From Balanoglossus misakiensis (lineage: Eukaryota > Animalia > Hemichordata), in contig CM082593.2 in NCBI GenBank assembly GCA_040954595.2, forward strand, positions 1,957,830 to 2,021,829: DNA of 64,000 bases, given 5' to 3'. The translations under genes and the position numbers were made by a program. Below the pieces are notes generated by a model that saw nothing but the letters and a program-made list of their open reading frames with translations, made no database searches and was not told where the DNA came from. This document shows positions 12,157-23,013 of the stretch, piece after piece (positions within the stretch are counted from its first letter, which is position 1; the number at the start of each line of letters is the position of its first letter).

Positions 12157-13367
12157 CTGAAACAAAATGGGAAAGGTTGTCGATTATACTAGCATACATA
12201 CTCAACAGATTGTTTTTGGTTAATTCGACAGAATGAGACGTTTTATTCTGGCCACTAATCCACCAAGACCAAAGCAATGGTGGAGAGAATGAACAAAGGT
12301 ACCTTGTACTCGGGTGATATATATTTGGCCATCAATGACTCACCTTTAGTTGCATTGGTGCCAAAACATCATTTACAGTTCATGCATTTATGCCCCGTGG
12401 TCACCCTCCAAATGAGGCGATTTTCAGACCGACTTTTCGACGCGACTCGCGACAAATGATCATGGTGAACATTACTACAGGGAGTGAGGGTGCTCCTTTT
12501 TGGGATTCAGTGAAATTTGAGGTCTTCCCTACTTATGCGAACTTGCGTTACACTGACCAATCTTGTCGACAACGTACTTGACCAAACTTTCTATTTCTGA
12601 CCTATTTTTTTAAGTGACAAAAACAGCCGGGCACATTTCGTGTTATTTATAGGTCGTACACTGCCACACATTCCCCCAAATCGACTGATTGATTGATTGG
12701 CTTAATCATTGGGACTGAGAGGAAGAACGGTTCGTTTGGGTGTACATTTGGGGTTTTCGCGAATGTTCAGACATCTTGCATGTAATAGAATCGTGGGAAT
12801 GTCGCTTCTTGACCCCTTGGGCCGCCCCATCCCAGGCACCGACCCAGAACGCCTCGCTCCAAAAATGCGAACACAACAACCGAAAGTTTGCATTTACCTC
12901 CAAAAGGTCGACAGAGTTCGAAAGTGAATTCGTCGAGGGTCAAAACCTTTGCAGCGTAGGCTATCAGTAAAATCGGTTTTCTGTCAACCCGAAAAGAAAA
13001 CTGTCAACTTGGCATAATCGATGGCATAACAGCTATGCCTCTTATCAGTTGTCACATAACGGCCGCCACGTGTATATGCTAAGGAAAGTTCACAAATTTA
13101 GGAATCTTCCAAACATGACCCAGCCACGTAGCTGCAATACATTCCTTGTATTGGCGTCTTTACTTGGACAATTGTCCGAGATCTTTGGTATAGAAGATCC
13201 TCGGACCCCAGTCTGACCCCATACTTATCCAGAATACCAATGCGCATACATGCAGTAGGCGAACTCCGGGTCTCTAACAGGGATCCGAAGTCCCTCGCAT
13301 AGTCAAACATTCTCCGGCGCTTTTTTCGCTCCGTACAGTGCTAAAACTTGACAGGCGTACTCCTTAC

Positions 13368-13490
13368 CTGCAGAAGAAGCTTTACTCTCTCAATTGGTGC
13401 AACGACTGTTTTCGATACCGCCGCGGCAGTCCCGCCTGCGCACAGATCCAGGAGGAAACCCTGAACTGCGTCTTTTGTTATCTCCGGCAT
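13368..13490 (-). CDS. ANT: ADP/ATP translocase first coding exon E1b (41 aa)
   Basis: [41 protein letters not shown] followed by donor CAG|GTAAGG, phase 0. Confidence 0.9.
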
Positions 13491-14283
13491 TGTTCTCACT
13501 ACCGCTTCTCCAGTGAACGTAATATGGCGTACTTTGGACTTTTTTAAAACACTGCCATTACATAATAGCATACAGTAAGGTGCGTATGTCCGCAATGTTA
13601 TAATTTTCGCTTTTGTCATCTTACTCATGATCCATTGAATTGTTTTTTTTCGGCATTATGTTTTAGGCCAATCTCATTTTAGTGATGAGATGTATGATGT
13701 AGCTGTTCGTAGTATCATATCTATGGTAGCATCATGACCTACCATCCACAATGACTGCATGAAAAGGGGCGTGGCCGTCGCTTGATGTGATTACATAAGA
13801 ATGCACTGATCGCGGAAGGGGTTGCCATTAGAGGGCGCGCGCACATGGATGGGCGTGTCGTAGCTATAAAGCTTATGGATGTGTCATCATATCTGATAGT
13901 GGGTGTCCCAATATAAAGATATATTGACGGGAAAACATATTTGATTTGCTTGAAAGGGAAACGCCATGGCTTACACAGTGACAGAGCAAACACGATTGTC
14001 GACAATGTCGTGACCCGACGGCTTGCTGTCTGCCAACTGAGTGACACACGTCCCTTTTCAAATGCCACATCTCTATAAAATGTCTTTTGCAAAAGTAAAC
14101 GCTGGATCAGTCTGCAAGCTGTTACACATCACGACAAAAAGACGTCGATTTGTGATGTTTTGAGGTCATGGATGAATGATTTCTATCACATGCATGGTTC
14201 GTGACGGGGCCAGACCATGAGCTTTGGATGGAGTGACCTCGCTCACATCCCAATACGCCTACATTCGATGTACGCTTTCTCAC

Positions 14284-14400
14284 CTGAAGGAGAAGTTTAA
14301 CTCTCTCAATGGGTGCAACAACTGTTTTAGAGATGGCTGCAGCAGTTCCACCAGCTAACAGATCGAAAACGAATTCCTCGACTGTGTCTTTCGTCTTCAT
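14284..14400 (-). CDS. ANT: ADP/ATP translocase first coding exon E1a (39 aa)
   Basis: [39 protein letters not shown] followed by donor CAG|GTGAGA, phase 0. Confidence 0.9.
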
Positions 14401-15749
14401 CGCGTTACTTTGGTCAGAGAGATTCAGAAGAAAGACCTGGCTCTAAGGTCAAGGGTCAAATTACCAGATCTTCGGTGTGGCGACAAACGTTAACAGCGAA
14501 TTCAGCACTGGCGGCGAGGAGGGATTTCGCTTGCTTGGTTCGCTAGTATGACATTACTAAAAGAACAGAACGGTGGCCACTTGTAGTCTTTGTTCACGGG
14601 CTCCCTTCTACCCCTCGCAGCACAGCTAGCTCTGAAAACAGTCAGGTGACTGATATCACGTGACACACTCTTGCTGAAATCGAGCACTGTGATGAAATCA
14701 ACCACAGTCCCTTCATCCGAGGGACTAGTCCCAGGGGCGAGTTATTAAAACATAGACTATCTATAATTCATGAAAATTTTCCTTAACTAAAATATAGATC
14801 GCACAAATGTCCCGAACTCTTCTTCTCAAATTAATTAGGTTATTTGTTCCCAGACAAATTCCCAACTTGATAAGTCCGAAGTTGGCACATACATATCCAT
14901 AATAAAAGTCCCCCCTTATATACAAACATGTTACTTTTCCCGGTGGAAATAGATATTGAGTGGAACAATATTGCGCTTATTGAAATAAATAGTTTTGTTT
15001 TCCACGAACAACGCATTATTACTGAATTTATACTGATGATAACAGAGATTAAGTATAGCTCTCTTTCTGGCAGCGTCCGGTTTAGTTTTTAAACATGTTG
15101 AAGCCAGTTATGGCCATCTTTCACGTCACCAGTCAAAACGTGCGTATGAAATACGTGGGGCCGTCGTCAAAAGTGACGTCCACAACAAGATGACTTGTTG
15201 ACATAGAAACAAAAGTTGTCAACAGATTGAAAAGGGAAAAAAACGCAGGGCCTAGATCAAAAGATAATGTTTGGAGGATACAAATAACTGTGATCAGATC
15301 GGGTAAACGCGGATGATGAGACGTGGATTCTATTCACGCATTTCTTCCAGATGTGTGACGAGAAGGCAATCATTTTTTTGCGCAAATAAGTACACGTGCT
15401 AGTCTCTCCCTCTATCGTTTAAAATTGGAGAATAAATGTACGTGGCACTCCCATCTGCCAAAGCGGTTTCCTGTCTAGGGGTTGGTACATTGCCCTTTCT
15501 AAAGATCCCTCTACGCGCAAATACCGGCGTCGCTGGACGTCATTTTGCGTTATAACAGAATCTATGATTGGTCAATTCTGCTGACCGTAGCGAGAGAGCC
15601 TTATAAGAATAACTTCGCAGAATATTGTTACCAACGTCATGTAGACTTATCGTCAAGATTAAGGATGTGAAAAAAATAAGTTTATGATAAAAGGATGTTG
15701 GTATACAAGCCACAGCAAATAATAATTTTGTAAATATTTGGCACGACAG

Positions 15750-15800
15750 CCAATCAGAACTGACGTTATGACGTACCGGTATTTGTAGCATGACGTCAGA
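15750..15800 (+). promoter_or_regulatory. SAR1 proximal promoter: CCAAT plus three TGACGT (CRE/CREB3/XBP1-type) sites
   Basis: CCAAT at 15750; TGACGT at 15761 and 15769; perfect CRE TGACGTCA at 15791-15798. Lies just upstream of a likely non-coding first exon ending at donor GAG|GTAAGA (~15934). Confidence 0.5.
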
Positions 15801-16764
15801 TAAGGAAGCCATATTGTATAAAGTCTATCATCTGGCCGTGTGAGAACACACGAAATATAAGTTTATCGAAGAAGTTCCTGGATACTGTTTGGATCTTTCG
15901 GACGATTGGCTTCAAAGGAAAGTAGGTTAGTGAGGTAAGAATCAGCTTCACAAAGACGCACTTCCGACGATCATAAGTGCTGTGGATGCCCCAGAAATGC
16001 TATTAGCGTTACTTGGAATCGACACATCGGCATTCGTTTCAATGGAACACGATATTCACTGTTTTCGTATATACGTCTTGCCACAGAAACCTATCCGGTC
16101 CAGTCTTGGAATGGTACGCATATGAGTATAGGTTGAAGGATCTGTAAAACGCCCATGGGTACCTTTAACTAAAGTTGCTCTTTTCTCAAACGCCATGATT
16201 GACACGACACTATAGAATACTGAAATGAACACTGTTAGTGATATACACATAATAGCTTGGTGTAGTTCCACCCAACACACATAACTTTCTTCATCGAAAG
16301 TGATCGAATGTGGAATTCCATTTACAAACAAGCGTTATTCTGACGAAAGGATCCCTTTGGGTGTAATGGAAATGAATTACAGAAAGTATTGATACCACGT
16401 AATACAATTGTCAGTGAAATTGTATTCAAAGCTGTCCCACATACAATCTGTTTCCGTCGACGCAATGAATGGCCTTGGGATTTATCAAATTGGTCAGTGG
16501 TTGAGTTTGTGGTAAACAATTTCCTTGTCTGTATGGGATGTATACGTTATTGGGACATATTTTGTATCTATTTTGTGATTTGATGACCCACAAGCTCAGT
16601 AACTGATCAAAAGGGACGTGGGCTATACTCTAGGTCCATTTCGCCTATGGGTTAGATATAATATGTGTAATTTAATACTTTATACCAGTGAAGTTGAAAG
16701 AAGGTTTCGAGAGTAATCAAAGTATTTCATGTTCAGTTGGAATTAAATTCCCCAAATTTGCTTC

Positions 16765-16860
16765 TGTAAACTATTGAGAGAAAATTTTATTTTGTGGGAT
16801 GAAGTTTGGAATAGGGAAATGAATATCCCACGAGATATAATTTTCTCTCAATAGTTTACA
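16765..16860. repeat. Inverted repeat / MITE-like hairpin in SAR1 intron 1
   Basis: 36-bp arms TGTAAACTATTGAGAGAAAATT..GTGGGAT / ATCCCAC..AATTTTCTCTCAATAGTTTACA with 3 mismatches. Confidence 0.75.
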
Positions 16861-17727
16861 TCAAAGATAACACCACTCTGGACAGATGATGTGCATGTGT
16901 AAACTAAAGTTTATGTCAAGGTAAAGGGTTGTGGCGTACTTAGTGACACACGGTACAGGTGACCGAGCACGTCTGTACGGTGTATACACCCATCTGATCA
17001 GCAGAGGTCATGACCTCTGGGGACAAGGTGTATCATGGTGATAGTTTATGGACCCTTCAGGGTCGATACACAACCTTCCACTAGCAGGTCGCACAGAAAT
17101 CTGAAATCGAACATTAAGAAGTCATTTAGCTTCGTTGCCATGAAACTAACCGTACCTATTCTTGATAAAACACACATTCATGGTTTTACAAGTGATATAA
17201 ACCGTTGCTGTCTTCCGTGTTCAATGTACAGCTGGTCCAATAACATTCCAGAAATAGTAAGATATAAGTTCACGTGAGAGGTGTTTATGTGTGTGGTTGT
17301 ATGGCATGTCATCATCACACGATGGTTTTGAAACAGTGTCACTCTTTAACAACAGGAATGATGGATGCCAATTGATCCTATTAATTATGGTGTTTAGTAA
17401 ATAAATGAGTAACCCAGGATAATGTGGCCTCTGTTCAACCCTGTATCTACATGTCATGGTCTTTTTAACTTCAATATTTACGATGATGATGTGCTTGGCC
17501 TTGTCCATGGGGAGATCTGTGGTCAGATCGACCAATTGGTTGAACATATTCCCTGCCCATAACTTGTAATTTGAGTTGCAAATTAAATTGTAACAGTCTA
17601 CACTGGTCACAGTTTGTGATACATGCCAGACATTTATTGGGTTACTAAACATGCCATTAACATATCTGTTTGTCTTTCATTTTCAGGGTGCAGTATTTAA
17701 AAAAAAGTTTTATTTATATTCATCACA

Positions 17728-19851
17728 ATGTTCCTGTGGGACTGGTTTGCAGGTGTTCTCAGCTTTTTAGGTAAATGAAATTATTGCTTTTGTGAATTAT
17801 TCATGATAATTAAAATATTTGCATCAGTTTTACACTTTGACATCATTACCAGTTCAATTATTAACTGGTCTGTTTCACTGTAAAATGGAGTCGTGCAAAA
17901 GTGTATGAACTCTGAATTTCAAACTGAACATTGAAGTCAAAGTTCAACTCATTCATGGCTGATAGTGTGATACAGCATTCAAGGTAGAAGATTAACTGGC
18001 ATTTCAATGATGTGAAGATTATACTAATTAAATAAGTCGCTCTGGTCAGGTTTTCTATTGTCTCTACCAGCCTGTTACATCTCAACAATGTATCACATTA
18101 GTTCAGATGTTTGACATCACTCTTCTTCCGTTGCAGGTTTATACAAAAAATCTGGCAAATTAGTTTTCCTAGGTTTAGACAATGCTGGTAAAACTACCTT
18201 ATTACACATGTTGAAAGATGACAGAATGGCACAACATGTGCCCACTCTACATCCCAGTAAGTATATAGTTCACATTTCATGCTCAGGTTTTTGAGGACAT
18301 CGCATCGAATCTGAATTTCCAGACAAAAATGATCACTGCCGTGACACTGTAATGAAAATCATTATCTACTCTCTCCTTCAGTAATCATCCGTGTGTATGG
18401 CAGAATAAAAATCACGGATGATTTCTATGGGATTGAAATATGCTGTCCAGCTGTTGCTGGATTTAAAATAAAAAAATGTCAGCTATTTTTTGGTGCTGTG
18501 TAGACACAAGGATGGTTGGAAACATTTCAATTCAACGCTTGCTGTAAACTGTTTCTGACATTGAACTCCAGAAGAATGAACTTTCACCATTATTTCTGTA
18601 TGCTCGATGTGAGAAATATACATGTACATGTCATTTGGCCAGACAATTTGCATACATTATAAATAATCACTTGCTGATCGTTGACTTGTATTTTATATTT
18701 AGCTGGTACTTTTTGCAGCTGGGGTTCAGTGTGAAATCAGCAAGTCATTGCTCTGTGCTTTCACATCGAGGCCAGAGTTCAGTGATGTCAATTACGGTAT
18801 TTGTAAGAGCTTATTTATATTTCTTTTGTTTTCTTTTTCACTCGCAGCGTCAGAAGAATTAGTTATGGGCGGTATGCGCTTCACAACGTTCGATTTAGGC
18901 GGTCACGAACAGGCAAGGCGAGTGTGGAAAGACTATCTACCAGCTATTGAAGGCATTGTATTTCTCATTGATGCAGCCGATAGGGAAAGATTTGTGGAAT
19001 CCAAGGTAGAACTTGATGTAAGTATATTTACTCTTCAAAGAGACAACTTTTGTTGTGCCTACCAAACCATGGTGTTAAAAGGGTTAATTTCTTCCATTTA
19101 TTTGCAGAGCTTAATGACAGATGAACAAGTAGCAAATGCACCAATTCTCTTACTGGGTAATAAAATAGACAAACCAGCGGCTGCAAGTGAAGACGAACTT
19201 AGAACTGTCTTTGGACTCCATGGACAGACTACAGGAAAGGTAATTGTTGGCACAATTTGATGCTTTAAACGCCAAAGACTAAATGAGATTCATACTGGCA
19301 AAATGATATTAGGTATTTTATATTTATCTGAAAAGGTCATTGTCAGTTCTGGGAGTTTCTGTTGGCCTTGTTACTGAAGGTTTCTCTTGTATGGTTGATT
19401 CTGGGTATTAGTGAAGCTATCTCCTTATTTAGAACGTGTTGCAATCAGTGAAAGAAAGATTAATTGTACGGACAGCTGTTGCATTGCATCCAAGGACCCC
19501 AGAACCACAACACGGGGCAAACAGAGGTCATTTCTGTTGTTCAGAAAATAATAGGGTCCATCTTGATCAATTACAGTCTCTTACAGGAATCGAATAAACA
19601 CTGTTGGTTATTAAAGGCAGCCATCTTGGATACTGAAAACCAATATGGCTGCCGTGTGCTCTCACCTCAGGACAGCCTGAATTTTAATGTGCTTCTACAT
19701 CTGTGTTACAAACTATTTTTCTTTTCCTTCGCAGGGTAATGTGAATCTCAAAGATTTACCAGGGCGCCCTCTAGAGTTATTTATGTGCAGCGTTCTCAAG
19801 AGAGAGGGTTACGGCGAGGGATTCCGTTGGTTGGCTCAGTATATCAAATAA
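17728..19851 (+). CDS. SAR1: Small GTPase SAR1 (COPII)
   Basis: Exons 17728-17770, 18137-18256, 18848-19017, 19108-19239, 19735-19851. Motifs [47 protein letters not shown]. Confidence 0.97.
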
Positions 19852-21472
19852 ATTGGAAAAAAAAAACAGAAAATAAGATTTTCAAGTTGTTGTACTGTTT
19901 ACTCTTGTTTTATTCCTGTTGCAATTTTTGAAAATGAAATCACGGAATAAAATAAATGTTGTACGTTCAACAAGTACAGCAACTTCAAAATCACTCATTG
20001 CCAGGTGTTTTGTTTAACAATATTCATGTTCTTTTCATTGGTGGCAAATGTTTTTCTGAACTCAATAGTTTTTTGTCAGAGCGAATCACTTTTTAGGAAA
20101 TTACATTTTGCACAGATTTCATTAATAAGCTTTTCTCCACTTTTGACTCGTGATAAGATGGGAAGTAGACTTTGAAAGAGTACTTTTGGAAGGGACACCT
20201 CACAAAGTTAGAAACAAGGTTTTACTGAGAAAGGCTTAGGGGGATGCTACTTATTACAGTTTTTACCAGATAACATTCTCAGGTATGCTTACCATTGCAG
20301 AAGAGATGTCTTTGTAGCTCTGATATAAACCATGTGCTTGTAGTTGTAGATTTCACAGCTTTGTCTCCAAATGAATCTCCTGGGCTTCTTCTGAAAATCT
20401 TGACAGTGAGAATTGTAGCCAGCTTTCTGAAATCAATTTCTGTGTTTGTCTGGGGAGAAAACATCAACAGCTTTGTGACATGCAGAACTGGAAATGTGAA
20501 AATGGTTTATTAGTTTCATTTTTTGTAGCATTATGGAATGAAAAGCCACTTTTTGGTGCCATACTTTGATTTTTGATGCAGCTCGGAAAGCATTTGCCAC
20601 CTGTGTATTGTCAGAATTCATATGCATTAAGTCCAAACATTGAGGTTTCGAGATTTTTTTACAGCAAATAGGCAAGTGTAATGCTCAAATTAGTGCAGCA
20701 AACCTTCCAAATGTGGGTGGGAAATGTTTAATACTATGATGAAGAAGTTCATACTAATTTGTACAGCATTGCAAGTGAAACTTCATTTGATAAATGTTTG
20801 TAGTGCTTCGCTACATGTGAGTACGTCACTCGTAATGCATTAGTACCGAATAAACATAAACGTTACCACCAAATGCGGTAGTAACAACAGTATGGGCTGT
20901 CGAGCAACAGAGCGGTATATTAACAGTCAACTTTGGTCTCGATAATTTTTAGTCCAAAGAAAAATGGGAATATTGGAATTTATTTTCATACTAGGCTGAA
21001 CGCAACAAATAAGATTCAGTTCAGGGTTTGATTTGGGGAAGTACTCACTTGCGTACCAGTAGAATCGACCGCTCCTGTTTTATATATATATAAAAAGAAA
21101 AAACTATAAATATGTAACGTAATTTAAACCAAGACAAAGTATTTGAACATACATGAATTTTCTCCGCAAAACATTCTGTAATAAGATTTAACAGCTTTGT
21201 ACCGCATGAACTTGATTTTTTTCAGAAGAAAGTTCAGTGTAAAGAAAAATGCCAGTTTATAGAGACGTCATCTGTTTTAGTTTTTTTTTGAGCATAAAAC
21301 TTTGTAAGAATTCTGTTTTACTGTGAGGTGTCTCATGTCACCTTGAATGTTGTCTTATAAGTTCAAATTAAGAGAATATTTTGCTGTTAGGAGTGTAGTG
21401 ATTACTACAATGTCAGTCTTGGTTTATTTTAACCGTGTATAATGTGGTAGAATTCGAAGGGTGGAATAAAAA

Positions 21473-21494
21473 TGTGAATAAAGTTTTATTCACA
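21473..21494. terminator. Palindromic bidirectional poly(A) signal between convergent SAR1 and CCAR1
   Basis: TGTGAATAAA-GT-TTTATTCACA gives AATAAA on + (21477-21482) and on - (21485-21490); a further + AATAAA lies at 21465-21470. Confidence 0.5.
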
Positions 21495-23013
21495 ATTTGA
21501 AATCAGTACGCATGAGTGAGTTTTTTCTAATTGGCTAGCTGCAAAGTGACAACTTTACAGCAGCCAATAGTGGGTGCCAGATGGCGTCTGCTTTATATGC
21601 AAAACCAAGTGGTTCACATCCCAATAAGTATCAGATCTAGGGAAGATGTTATGGATAAAACCATACTGTGAAAATAGTAAACAACTGCTAGATATGAATA
21701 TTGACATCCCATTAAGAAATTGATTGCAAAGCATTTCTTCAATATTTTCACTCATCTTTACTATTGTGACAAACAGAGATGAAATCACTATAGTTCTGAC
21801 ATGATAAAATGTTGGGATAAACAGTAACAATATGCTACATTTTTGAAAATCTGTGGATGAAAAGTGTAACATTAAACACCTCAAAAACTTGAACACTTGT
21901 ACAAATGTTTGGTCGCACACTTTATGAAGACAATTATGAGTTATAATAGAAACAAAATGAGCCACTTGTTACCCTGACATTTATGAATATGAATGACACT
22001 TCAAAAAAGCTGAAAATTGTGCGTGAATTTGCCAAGGGAAAGAAGCTCATTTTCTCAGGGGCGAACTTCATGGTACAATCACTCTAAAATTATACATTTC
22101 ACTTTTGTAAAGGTTTGAAAGAATCACAACATTCTGCTGGTTTTCTAGCTGCTAAATTGAACGTGCAAAGAAAAGGTTTTCTTCAAAAAAAATTAAAATA
22201 AAATGCAACTGAACACAAAATATGTTGAAAACTGGTCAAAAGGGTATTTATTTCAAAACTATCACCAAGCAACAAAGACTGGTCTACCATTTCTGAGTCA
22301 CACGAACAGCGAAGTATTTACACTAGGCAAGCTTATTTGCTGGATGATGCAGACATCTGTAGTGGCATGAAAGTGACAACGCCACTGCCATTCAGATTGA
22401 ACAATAAAAAAAAACTGAGTGACTACAAAATACTTGTACTGTCCTCAGATGAAGGACTACCACGCTATCTTTATCAAAACGCCGTCTCAAAAATTCAGCT
22501 GCTGTTTTTGTGTAGGCAGCAACCATGTCACGCTCGAAAGCTGATTGGCTATCGACACCCTGCTACACAGCCAATCAGAACACATTTTACATCTTAAATG
22601 CACAACTATAACAATTAACATGCAGCTGTTGTGAATACACACATACACACAATACAAAAAGAAAAAAAATTATATACTTCTGCTTAAATCAATATTTATA
22701 ACCTTCATTCCCACAGGACAAATACTAGTACTTCAGACATGGTCAAATTACGTAGCTGGGATGTTTTAAGGAATACAAAATATTGTCTTATTCTTTTCTA
22801 AAGGTTAAAAACATGTGCATGTTTTCACATGTATATAAAAAAATTCTACCACATGCACACACACAGACAACAGAATATTGTGACCAGCACTGCTAGGTCA
22901 TTTTTCTACATTTTTCACTTCAACATCATATTTTTATAATTCGGGCTTGTAGGAGGTCTGTGAGAGTGAACATCATCATCATCATCATCATCTAGAGCTT
23001 CTTCTTGACACAA

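Noticed and set aside
12702-12970. Cluster of short overlapping ORFs in the ANT intron
   Set aside because: No recognisable domain or consistent splice model; not ANT-derived.
16885-16998. Possible C/D-box snoRNA in a SAR1 intron
   Set aside because: Box C is imperfect (ATGATGT) and no rRNA-antisense element was recognised.
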